This document shows, one piece after another, positions 14,513-27,880 of a DNA stretch of 64,000 bases. Positions within the stretch are counted from its first letter, which is position 1; each line of letters begins with the position of its first letter. The notes under the pieces are model-generated. The model saw only the letters and a list, made by a program, of their open reading frames with translations. It was not told the DNA's origin and ran no database searches. The position numbers and the translations under genes were made by a program. Source of the DNA: Chrysomallon squamiferum (taxonomy: Eukaryota > Animalia > Mollusca); assembly GCA_012295275.1 (NCBI GenBank), contig CM022668.1:2356001-2420000 (forward strand), given 5' to 3'.

Positions 14513-15150
14513 TGTGTCTGTGTGTGTGACAATTTTGCCTTTTTATTTTATATGTATTTTATATTATGAAGTTGACAAGCTAGAACAAATTTAATATGTT
14601 TTTTTATGTATTTTTATGTTGACATTATTATTATTATAAATATTATTATTAATTTTATTATAGTTATTATCATTGTTATAATTATGATTATTACATAACT
14701 AAATGTTCTGGAATTTGACCTACTAAGCAGTATTAAGCACAATGTTATGGGTTAAACTGAGGTCATGTTTTGATTTTTTAAATGTATGTTTACACACACA
14801 GTTCAAGTGAAAACAACTGGGTCAGGGAACAGAAAATCTATTTTTAATTTATAAATCTATTACATTTTTTAAAACTTTCTGTGATTTTAAAAATATTAAA
14901 CAATTAATAGTATTCAAAGAATGGACACCGTCATACACCCACCCGTGCATCCTGAAGAGACACAACATCTACTACACAGGATGAAAACAGAGAGTGCGAG
15001 GTCAAAGGTCACTAACTGTGTTGTGTGTTGTTTTTCAGTTATAATGCCAGACCAGAGTTACGTCAGTTACCCTGCTGATGTGTACACGACACACTACGCA
15101 GCCATGTACGAAGCCAAACCTACCTATCTGCATGTGTCTAAAGACGGTAA

Positions 15151-15182
<32 letters not shown>

Positions 15183-15537
15183 GAACTGTCATGTGTCTAA
15201 AGACCTACCTATCTGCATGTGTCTCTAAGTCTGTCTGTCTGTCTGTCTGTCTGTCTGTGTGTTTTTATGTCTGTGTGTTTGTCTAAACTGTCAGTATTAA
15301 TGTATGTATCTATGTACGAAGCCAAACCTACCTATCTGCATGTGTCTAAAGACGGTAAGTCTGTCTGTCTGTCTGTCTGTCTGTGTGTCTGTATAAACTG
15401 TCAGTATTAATGTATGTATGTCTGTGCATGTGTCATTTCTGTCTGTCTGTCTGTTGTTTGTCTAAACTGTCAGTTATCTGCATGTGTCCAGTGTTGGTTG
15501 TTCCACTCTCTCTCTCTGCTGTGTCTCTCTGTTGGTT

Positions 15538-15632
<95 letters not shown>

Positions 15633-16443
15633 CTTTCTCCCTGTCTCTATCTCGCTCACTCTTTCTGTCTGTCTCTCTCACTCTCTCTCCCTCTCTCTCT
15701 TTCTCTCTTTCTCTCTTTCTCTTTCTCTCTCACTCTGTCTCTCTTTCTCTCTGTCTGTCTCGCTCACTCTATCTTTCTCTCTTTCTCTTTGTCTCTCTCA
15801 CTCTCTCTCCCTCTCTCTCTCTGTCTCTCTTTCTCTCTCTGTATTTATATATATGCGTAAGCCTGTGTGTGTATGTGTGTGTGTGTGTCTGTCTAACTGT
15901 CTATCTGTTTGTCTGTGTAATACTTTATAATTTTAATACACTGTAATACTTTGTGTAATACTTTGTGTAATACATTGTAATACATTATAATTTTAATACT
16001 GTGTAATACATTATAATTTTAATACACTGTGTAATACTTTGTGAAATACTGTGTAATACACTGTAATACATTATAATTTTAATACACTGTGTAATACTTT
16101 GTGAAATACTGTGTAATACACTGTAATACTTTATAATTTTAATACACTGTAATACTTTATAATTTTAATACATTGTAATACTTTATAATTTTAATACACT
16201 GTAATACTTTGTGTAATACTTTGTGTAATACTGTGTAATACATTGTAATACTTTCAGGTCATCTCTATGACCACCAGCAGCAGATGTATGCTGACCTGCA
16301 AAACGCACATGGCATGACCGACACCTCTCAGATGTCCCCCTCACCCCCACCCCCACCCCGCATATACAAGCCCTGCGTCGTGTGCAATGACAAGTCATCT
16401 GGCTACCACTACGGAGTCAGCTCCTGTGAGGGCTGCAAGGTAA

Positions 16444-16533
<90 letters not shown>

Positions 16534-19500
16534 TATTCTAATAACTATCTATGTTGAACATCTGTCTGTGTTTGTTTCTGTTTCTACTACATATTCTTTC
16601 TATCTTTTGCTTACTTTTTTGTTTTCACTCTTTGATATCACAGTCTCTTTGTTTTCATTAAACATAATAAAGAAAGAATAAGAAGAGTAATATTTTTTAT
16701 TTCAGGGTTTTTTCCGGCGCAGTGTACAAAAGAACATGCAGTACACATGTCACAAAGACAAACAGTGTCACATCAACAAAGTGACACGAAACAGGTGTCA
16801 GTACTGTCGACTTCAGAAGTGCTTTGCCATGGGAATGTCCAAAGAAGGTACTACCTGTTGTCATGGTTACACAGTTAACTCCATTGTAATGGCTACAGGT
16901 TTAAGTTCATTGTTTGTAATATATTTTTGTCACAGCTACATCTTCTATCTTCAAAAAACATAATTTTTATTAATATATAAAATTAAAGTACATATATTTG
17001 TAATGTTTAAGATTAGGTCTATCAGTTTATAATATATAATAATACAATCCATATGTGTTTATAAAATATTAAAATCAATAATGTATTCCACATGTTTGTA
17101 TATATCATGTTACAATCCATATCTTTAAAACAATAAAATACAGTCCATAAAATCCATTTATTTGAAATGTAATATTAAAAATCCAAATCATTGTAAATCC
17201 ACATTTTTTGTAATACTGCACACAAAAGTCCTTGTATTTGTAAGGATTATTAACTAAGATATTTGTAAGTAATCATATTAAAGTGCAGACATTTTAAGAT
17301 GTTATGTACTAAATATTTGTGTTTGTAAAGAATTAAATGTAACACTAACAAGTATATATTTGTAAAGTATTAAATATAACATACATATTTGTAAAGTGTT
17401 AAATATAACATACATATTTGTAAAGTGTTAAATATAACAAGTACATATTTGTAAAGTATTAAAAATAACAAGTACATATTTGTAAAGTATTAAATATTAG
17501 ACTAACAAGTATATGTTTGTAAAGTATTAAAAATAACAAGCACATATTTGTAAAGTGTTAAATATAACAAGTACATATTTGTAAAGTATTAAATATAACG
17601 TACATATTGGTAAAGTATTAAATATAACAAGTAGATAGTAGTAAAGTATTAAAAATAACAATTACATATCTGTAGTCTATCATGTCAGTGTTATTTTCAG
17701 CTGTGAGAAACGACAGAAACAAGAAAAGAAAACAGAAACCGGAGAGTACAAACTGTGGTCAGGACGACTTGACCGAGAGTGACCAGTCCTTGATTCAGGA
17801 CATTCTAGAGGCCCACAGGACGACCTACACCTACGACAATGACAGCAGGACATCGTCAGTAAGTTGTCACGTCGATAGTTTGTCTGTACGTGTGTGAGTC
17901 TAGACAAACTGTTTTTCTTGTACTTAAGTAAATGTTAACTAACAGACAGACAGACAGACAGATCACAGACAGGCTAGAAGGTGTTTTTTATTTAAATGCG
18001 AGAGAAAAAATAAATTAATAAGTATGTGTGCACACATCTGTATAAGTCAGTATGCAAACACGCATTACATGTGAGTTTATTTCAGTAATGTGAAAACATG
18101 CACAAGCATGTTCATGCATACTTACATAATTATAAAAACAATAATTACAAAGTGATACTTAGTCACAACATGACATAACTAAAATAATTTACATATGTGA
18201 TAAACCTCTTATTTGAGTGACAAACATCTTATTTACATATTATTTGCATGTTACAGAATTATAAATAATTTATGTGTGTTTTAAACATCTTATTTGCATA
18301 TTATTTGCTTGTTACAGAATAATAAATAATTTATGTGTGTTTTAAACATCTTATTTGCATATTATTTGCTTGTTACAGAATAATAAATAATTTATGTGTG
18401 TTTTAAACATCTTATTTACATATTATTTACATGTTACAGAATAATAAATAATTTATGTGTGTTTTAAACATCTTATTTACATATTATTTACATGTTACAG
18501 AATAATAAATAATTTATGTGTGTTTTAAACATCTTATTTGCATATTATTTACATGTTACAGAATAATAAATAATTTATGTGTGTTTTAAACATCTTATTT
18601 GCATATTATTTACATGTTACAGAATAATAAATAATTTATGTGTGTTTTAAACATCTTATTTGCATATTATTTACATGTTACAGAATAATAAATAATTTAT
18701 GTGTGTTTTAAACATCTTATTTACATATTATTTGCTTGTTACAGAATAATAAATAATTTACGTGTGTTTTAAACATCTTATTTACATATTATTTACATGT
18801 TACAGAATAATAAATAATTTATGTGTGTTTTAAACATCTTATTTGTATATTATTTACATGTTACAGAATAATAAATAATTTATGTGTGTTTTAAACATCT
18901 TATTTACATATTATTTGCTTGTTACAGAATAATAAATAATTTACGTGTGTTTTTAACATCTTATTTACATATTATTTGCTTGTTACAGAATAATAAATAA
19001 TTTACGTGTGTTTTTAACATCTTATTTACATATTATTTACATGTTACAGAATAATAAATAATTTATGTGTGTTTTTAACATCTTATTTACATATTATTTG
19101 CTTGTTACAGAATAATAAATAATTTACGTGTGTTTTAAACATCTTATTTATGTATTATTTGCTTGTTACAGAATAATAAATAATTTACGTGTGTTTTAAA
19201 CATCTTATTTACATGTTACAGAATAATAAATAATTTACGTGTGTTTTTAACATCTTATTTACATATTATTTGCTTGTTACAGAATAATAAATAATTTACG
19301 TGTGTTTTAAACATCTTATTTACATATTATTTGCTTGTTACAGAATAATAAATAATTTACGTGTGTTTTAAACATCTTATTTATGTATTATTTGCTTGTT
19401 ACAGCCAGGACTAATGTGTGAAAAGGAAGGAGAGAAGAGTATTCTGTGGGACAAAGTGGGTGAACTGTCGTCAGAAGGAATTGTCAGAATTGTCAACTTT

Positions 19501-22500
19501 GCTAAGAAGATTCCTGGCTTTTTAACTTTATCCCAATCCGATCAAATCACTCTGTTAAAGGCAGCTTGTTTAGAAATAATGGTAAGTGGAACTGGATATT
19601 AAAAAAAGAAATATTTCCACAACCAATGGGTGTGTATACATATACATGTGATGCTTTTGAACGTAACTATATTGTATATAATTCATATATTTTGTTATTT
19701 CTTTTTTGTTAAACTAACTAAACAAATTAATATACTACAGCTGACATTTTTTAAAACAGTTATTTCATTAACCTTTCCTTAATAAAGTTAGCAATGATAT
19801 AACAATCTCATGGACAAAAACAAAAAACATAAGATACTTCATTTGACATAAAGTTGTGTTTTAAAAACAGTAGATAGAAATTTACATAAAACTTTCCTAC
19901 CTATAAAACGTAGACACAAAATTTACATGAAGTTGTATTTTATATAAAACAGACAAAAAAACATAAAATTACATTTAAATCATAGACAGAAATTTACATA
20001 AAGTTGTGTTTTATATAAACATATAAAAGAAATTTACATAAAAAAAAACATTCTTATTTCACCACACGTCTATCTACTTGTTTTATTTCCTATTCTGCAC
20101 ATTACATATAAAAATGTTTTATTGTGAGATATTTATAAGTATGTGTTATAATGAGATATTTGTGTTATCATGTATTTGATCGCGTGTTATACATGAGATA
20201 TTTGATCATGTGTTATACATGAGATATTTGATCATGTGTTTGGTTGTACATGAGATATTTGATCATGTGTTATATTTCACTGTGTTGGATATTTGATATT
20301 TCACTGTGTTATACGTGAGATATTTCACTGTATGTTATACGTGAGATATTTCTCTATGTGTTATATGTGAGATATTTCATCATGTGTTAAATGTGAGATA
20401 TTTTATCGTGTGTTATATGTGAGATATTTGATCATGTGTTATACGTGAGATATTTGGTTGTGTGTTATATGTGAGATATTTGACTGTGTTGTAGATTCTG
20501 CGGCTGAGTACCCGGTACGACGTGGATGCCGATGCTATGTGCTTCGCAAGCGGCATCATGTTGAACAAGGAGCAGCTGAAGAATGGAGGATTCGGTTCGC
20601 TGACTTCGACAATTTTCAATTTTGCATCATCGCTGAAAAGCATGAACACGGACGAGACAGAGTTTGCTCTCTTAGCTGCCATTTGTCTTATCAGTGGGGG
20701 TAAGGTTTTCTTAGTGGCGGGGCAGGGCGGGGCAGGGCGGGGCGTTTACCGTGCAGGGGTTGTTCTTTAGTTACCAGATTTCCAAAAGGAATGAAAAATT
20801 CATTCAGATTTTATTGTCGTATGTTAAGATTTTCTTTTGAATCCCCTTTAATTTCCAAATTTTTAAAATTCTGCATATTTAGTTTTAATCTTGAGACTTT
20901 ACTGTTTCATTTCTGGATTGTTTCCTAAGTTTTGCAAATTTATTGTAGTAAGAAAGTTTTTATTTTGCTAGTTTAAAATATTAAGAATCCTTTCCCAGGG
21001 AAACAAGGGTGTATAAAATTGTATAAACTGTTCTGTTGCAGATCGCTCTGGATTACAGGACATTGACAAGATAGAACAGATTCAGGAGCCGATGCTGGAG
21101 GCGTTGAAACACTACATCCGTTCACGACGTCAGGACCAACCACACATATTTGCCAAACTGCTGATGAAACTCACAGATCTACGTAGCATTAGTGTCAAAG
21201 GTCAGTCCTTTATACACATCATCAATAACATTTACTTTAATAACAGGAGTTAATGTCACAACATTTACTCTTTTCATTGCTAGCAGTGTCAAAGCATGTT
21301 ATTTATAGATATCAATGTCAAAACATTTTATTTATAGATATCAATGTCAAAACATTTTATTAATAGCTATCAATGTCAAGACATTTTCTGTATTAACAGT
21401 TACCAGTGTATGACATTTATTCCATTGATATTGTTACTGCCATTATTTTTATTCAGTAGTGAATGTTATGAATTTTATTTCTGTTGTGAGATGTTTAGTT
21501 ATTATTATTAATATCAGGACATTAACTGTTTTTGCCTGTTCATGTCAAGATGTTTATTAAATACATGTATATCTTTTAACTGTATTTTAGGAATTTATTG
21601 ATTGTAAATATGTAAATTATTCTTTTACAATTGAGACATTTTTTTCTGTAAAATGTTTTGATATAAATTGAATTTTATTACTTATATGTCTTATTATTAA
21701 TGGGTTGAAACATCAATAAGTTTTGTATTGTCTTAAGATAGCACTGAAACACTTAGATGTGAGTTCAGACAAATTTTGCATTATAAGATGTAGTGTTGTG
21801 TTATTGGTGGGCTTAGACATTAATAAGATGCAGTGGTGTGTTATTAGTGGGTTTAGACATTAATAAGATGCAGTGGTGTGTTATTGGTGGGTTGAGACAT
21901 TAATAAGATACAGTGGTGTGTTACTAGTGGGTTGGTTCAGACATTAATAAGATGCAGCATTGTGTTATTGGTGGGTTTATTATTAATAAGGTAGTTTGAA
22001 ACATTAATAAGATATGCTATTGTGTTGTTGGTGGGTTTAGACATTAATAAGATACAGTGTTGTGTTACTAGTGGGTTGAAACATAAATAAGATACAGTGT
22101 TGTGTTATTACTGGGTTCAGACATTAATAAGATACAGTGTTGTGTTATTACTGGGTTCAGACATTAATAAGATACAGTGTTGTGTTATTGGTGGGTTCAG
22201 ACATTAATAAGATATGGTATTGTGTTATTAGTGGGTTGAAACATTAATAAGATATAGTGTTGTGTTATTGGTGGGTTCAGACATTAATAAGATGCAGGAT
22301 TGTGTTACTAGTGGGTTGAGACATTAATAAGATACAGTGTTGTGTTATTAGTGGGTTGAGACATTAATAAGATGCAGGATTGTGTTATTAGTGGGTTGAG
22401 ACATTAATAAGATACAGTGTTGTGTTATTGGTGGGTTCAGACATTAATAAGATGTAGTGTTGTGTTACTAGTGGGTTGAGACATTAATAAGATACAGTGT

Positions 22501-23601
22501 TGTGTTACTAGTGGGTTGAGACATTAATAAGATACAGTGTTGTGTTACTAGTGGGTTCAGACATTAATAAGATGCAGTATTGTGTTATTGGTGGGTTGAG
22601 ACATTAATAAGATGCAGTGTTGTGTTATTAGTGAGTTCAGACATTAATAAGATGCAGCATTGTGTTATTGGTGGGTTCAGACATTAATAAGATATGCTAT
22701 TGTGTTATTAGTGGGTTGAGACATTAATAAGATACAGGATTGACTTATGGTAGGATTGACTTATGGTAGAGTCTGATGTAACTAACAGGCTAAGGCTTGG
22801 GACTAACGCTTTACTGACCTGCAGCTTAAGAAAATGCTTGTTGTACAGTCACTTGAAGTCAAATCCTGGTTTCACCTGTGACTGAAACTGCCAAGGTTTT
22901 AAAACTGTGGTCAAATAATTGATAATAATAATCTTGACCTTGAAAACACATACACTTGGCTTCAAAACACCTTTAATATAATTTTAAAATTTATAAACAG
23001 GAAAAATACTGACAGTTTTAAAATTTTAAAATTATTTTATTCACTTATTTAGTTATTTTACTTTATTTTTTTTGGGGGGTAGAGATAGGTGGGGTACCTT
23101 ACCACATATGGGTGAAATACTGGATAATATTTGCATAGTTTGTCCAGGAAAACATACTTAAACCATTGCTAGCTTTAAGTTAATTATTTCATCATTCAGT
23201 TTAAATTTGGGTTGGCTTTGATGTTAAGGTTTTATTGTTATTCATTTAATTTTATTATTAATTGTAATGAAGTATTATTATATATCTACATAATAAATCA
23301 ATTTTTTAAATAATTTGATTCTGTAGCTAATTAAAAAGTAGAATATGTCTGAACTGATCTAGGTTAGAATGGAATAAAAATAATTTTATCTGTTTCTTTC
23401 AGCAGTAATGTTTAGTTTTTAATTTGTTTTTAAATTATTATTATTGTTATTTAATTAACAGATAAAATGCAGTTACTTGCCCTTTATATATATATTTTTA
23501 AAAATAACAATAGAATACATTATTAGTATATTATAAATAAATAAATAAATAAATAAATAAATGAAGCATAATAATATTAATATTTCTTGAATTTAAAAAT
23601 A

Positions 23602-23641
<40 letters not shown>

Positions 23642-25620
23642 AAGGAAAAAAAAAATAAAAACACTTGAATTATATAAGGGGCCACACTAACTGACCAATT
23701 GTATTTGCTGTTTTATGGCAGTCAGCTAGCCTATTGGCTAATAAAAGATGATGGTGGATTGGTGAACTGCTTGCTATTGAAATCATCCAGTAAGTGTATG
23801 TGTTAATTTGGTCAGAAGCTAGTCAGTGTGACAATTTGGTTTTTTCTCTCGTTATTTCAACACCTGTGCTTGTTGTTTGAAGCCTTTCTGTGTTGTAGCC
23901 ACATATTTGTTTCTTTAGTTATAGCTTTTTTTATTATTATTATTAGTTTGTTGCTGTATTCAGAGTTAAAGGTATTCTCTGTCAAGACTTTTATTAATAT
24001 GGATTAAATAATAATAAGTTTCTAAAGATAGATTTTTTTTTTTAAATATAGATGTAAAATTATATTTTAAATTCAAGTGTTTTTAAATATAGGAAATTTG
24101 TTATTCATTGTTCAAACAATTAGGTTTTAAATAATAATAATAACATTTATTCTATTCGACTATGGGATGTTTTAAACTATGAAAAAGTAATTCTTTGATT
24201 AAAAAAGAGGTAGTGTTAAAAAGACAACAACAATAATAATATTAATATTATTATTTTTGTATATAATAGATCTATTTAACCTTTTTATAATAAATTAATA
24301 TTTAAATTAATTAAAATAAATCACAACAGTTAAGATTCATATTTGATTGCAAATATATACAAAATATTTTTATTTAGGCATCTTTTAATCTAAATAAAAT
24401 GTTCTAGCTTTTAAATGTAGACCATTCAACCTATAGTTTTAAAAATAATAATACATATATTTGTAATAATTATTAAAACACAGATGCAAATACATAATAC
24501 TTAATTTTTAAAGCCTAGTACATAAATATGTAAAACTTACTTTCTTACAAAGAGTATTAAAAGTATAACCTAGTAAAATATAGTATTTAATTTTAATACA
24601 AAAAAGTAACTTATTTTAGTAATTTAAAACTTTGTATTAATGAAGTACTTGTTAGAGAATGTCTTAATTCTGCTGTGTTTTGCTCAAATAAAATGAATTT
24701 ATGTGCTTGCTATTACAGCATTTTATTAAATTCAGTGTTTCAAGTGAGTGCTGAATTTTATTCATTTATTTGGTTTTTCCTATATTACATATCTTTAATA
24801 CACAATAATAATAAACTGATAAACATTTTAAACAAATAAATGCAAAATTCAGCTCTCACTGGCTGCTTTTTCAAACAGTTCTGTTTGTGACCTCAGTCAA
24901 ATGTTAATCATGTGACTAGCCATGACCTCAGTCAAATGTTAATCATGTGACTAGCCATGACCTCAGTCATGTGACTTCATTAATGCATGTTTAATCTGCT
25001 TTTTGCTTATTTTGCTTTTTTTTATTCATCCACAAACAAAAAAAAAAAACACATCCAGGTGAAAAACAGACTCTGCGATTTGCGCTGGACCACCTGTCCC
25101 ATGCCCTCACCCTCCTCGATGTCCTCAAACCCCTGGAGCTCAGCATCAAGCAGGAGCCCTTGGAGACCACAGACCTCGAAGCCCACCTGTCCCTGCCCCC
25201 CCACCTCCAGCGCAGTCACCTGATGTCAGCAGACAAACTTCAGTCCAGTCAGATACTGTCCGACATCGCTGCACTGCAGCATCACCAGCAGCAGCATCAT
25301 CAACAGCAGCAGCAGCAGCAGCAGCAGCACCAGATGCATCAGCCGCTGAACGTGCTGAAGGCTGCGCTGGCTGCCGGGCTGCACGAACAGACAATGCAGT
25401 CGATGCAGCAGCCTATTGACGTCCTCAAAGCTGCTCTAGCTGCGGGACTCCAGGAGCAGCATATGCAGCAGCAACAGCAGCAGCAACATCAGCATCAGCA
25501 GACGAGCCATGTGCTGAAGGCAGCGCTGACTGGAGTCTACACAGACCAGCATTCCTGCCTGTCGTCCCTCCACGGCGTGCACTACCCCCCCGACCAGTAC
25601 CAGCCCCCCGCGATGACGCA

Positions 25621-25663
<43 letters not shown>

Positions 25664-26347
25664 GCCACGTCACCCTTACAGAGGATGATGTCCTCGCCCA
25701 AAGACCTTCTCGGTGCCCCTTGTCCAGTGCCATTGCCAATGACAACGACTAATCTCGGTGGGATGTCCCTGCGGCTGGGACCTCAGAAGATGAGCGCGCA
25801 CACGCCCGGTACCCCAGGGGGCAGGTCGTTCACCTCGAACAGCCCCAACTCCTTCTCCGTGTCGCCCGACTCCCCGGGGCTGGAGCAGATCGTCTCCTCC
25901 CCGTGTCAGAGTGACATCGACAGCATCTCCCCGTCGATAACCGGCACCGTCGGCCTCTCCCTGTCCCCCAACTCCCTGTCCAACGTCATCCTCAGCGACC
26001 TCGACCTCCTCGGCAACGGCAGCATCGACCAGGGCTCGGTGCTGTCGGAAAACCAGTGGAGCGTGTCGCTGGACCAGCATCCTGGAGAGATGAGGAACAA
26101 CGGATTACCTTCAAGTGCCGTCCTGCACAATGACATTCTCAGAGCGAGGACGATTTTCCCCGGTGACATGTGCAACAACGGCAACGCCAACATGTTGTGG
26201 AGCAGTGATAAAGGACGAGGCATGTTGCCGTCGATGGTGTTGCCGTCGATGAAGTCGGACAAGCTGTTGGAACAAAACACTGGTGAACATTTGACTCCAC
26301 TGAGCACCATTATTGGTGGCGCTTTGAGTGATTCTATGCATATTTAG
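11498..26347 (+). CDS. RAR: Predicted RAR isoform using alternative terminal exon 25059-26347 (~837 aa, no AF-2 helix)
   Basis: The phase-1 donor at 21200/21201 is compatible with the acceptor CAG ending at 25058. The frame is stop-free for 429 codons (incl. stop) and matches ORF 25160..26347. Confidence 0.7.
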
Positions 26348-26465
26348 ACTTTTTCTTGTTTGTAACTTTGAGAAGGGTAAAATGTAATGTTATTCAGCTT
26401 TCATATGTATATCTGTATAAGTTTATAGTTGTTGTTGTTGTTATTGCTTTATTTCATTCTTATTA

Positions 26466-26523
<58 letters not shown>

Positions 26524-26572
26524 CATTAATTATTATTATTATTAATTTCAGTTTTTTTATTATTAAGTTGTA

Positions 26573-26624
<52 letters not shown>

Positions 26625-27742
26625 ATTTTGAAATAAGTATGAGTTTTTAAAATTTGTATCAGGTATAAATACTTATTTATATATTTCCTATTTTAGTTAA
26701 TTTTAGCAAAACAAACAGTAACAAAAATAACTTAAAATAAAATTATAAATAAGCAAATTTGTTCTACTTCATGTTCATATGAAGTATTTTAAAAAATAAT
26801 GAAAATAATTTTGAATTTATTAGTGTAATTTGGGTCATTAATATTATGTAATTATTTTTTACTTCTTTTAAGTTTTAAAAATATATATTTATTGGTTTTT
26901 AGAAAGAGCATATTAGTACTATATTTTTTATAAAATATCACATTTTAATTTCTAAATAGAATACAGAACTTTTGACAGATGACATAGTTCTAAATTGTTG
27001 TTGTTTTTTTTTAAATGGAAAGAAATGTAATAAAATAAAAGATTAAAAAAGGTTGATACTTGAAATTAAGAACAAATAATTCATAATGTAATTTTAACAC
27101 ATACAATATAAATGACCATATAAAAAAAAACGTTTAAATTTTCTTAACATTTAACAGTTTTGTATATAAAAATACACTGTTACATTTTACCCAACTTAAA
27201 ATTATTAATCTTTTGTTATATTTGTTGATAACTTTGTTACTTTTGTGGTTTTAATTACACGAGCCCCTCAGGGGAGGTAATTCCTTCTGTAATATTTTTT
27301 GCGCACACTATGTGTTAAACAACACATCTAGCTGTATGTGAGATGAAATGTGTAAATAGACATTGATAATTATGTATAGAAATCAGCAAACTGTTACACA
27401 AGTTTTAGTTGAAAATATATGAAACTGACTGTGAAATTTTGTATGTATGTTTTTAACTATCTTTAAAGTCTTTAAAATGCAATATAATAACTGAAACTTG
27501 AATAACTGCATCTAGTATTATACATATGTTAAAATAAACTTTAATTAATAATATTAATATCACATTTTAAAATTAATGAATTTGGTGATGATTCTAGAGA
27601 GGAAACCCACTTATGCTGCTGTTTGTAAAAATATTATATTTCTATGTCCGTTATTTGTTTATAAAGTTAATTTCTTTATAATTTGTAAATATAATCCTGA
27701 ACTGTCCAAGTACCAACAACAACAACAAAATAATAATAATAA

Positions 27743-27788
<46 letters not shown>

Positions 27789-27845
27789 ATAATACCTAAA
27801 ATAATTATAATAATCATAATAACAACAATAACAATAATAATAAAA

Positions 27846-27880
<35 letters not shown>

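Noticed and set aside
21193-21205. GTGTCA-A-AGGTCA DR1-like match at the RAR donor
   Set aside because: Imperfect, and explained by codons SVK plus the GTCAGT donor.
21765-22740. 40-bp array (and the 61-bp and 27-bp arrays) as a CRISPR locus
   Set aside because: Units are contiguous with no unique spacers, there are no cas genes, and the context is a eukaryotic intron; these are minisatellites.
25022-26341. Several antisense ORFs over the alternative exon
   Set aside because: Expected shadow frames of a GC-rich coding exon with CAG repeats.
25160-26347. ORF as an independent nested gene or transposon ORF
   Set aside because: It starts at TTG, and the frame stays open 33 codons upstream to an acceptor whose phase matches the RAR donor. 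No TE domain or terminal repeats. Not formally excluded without transcripts.
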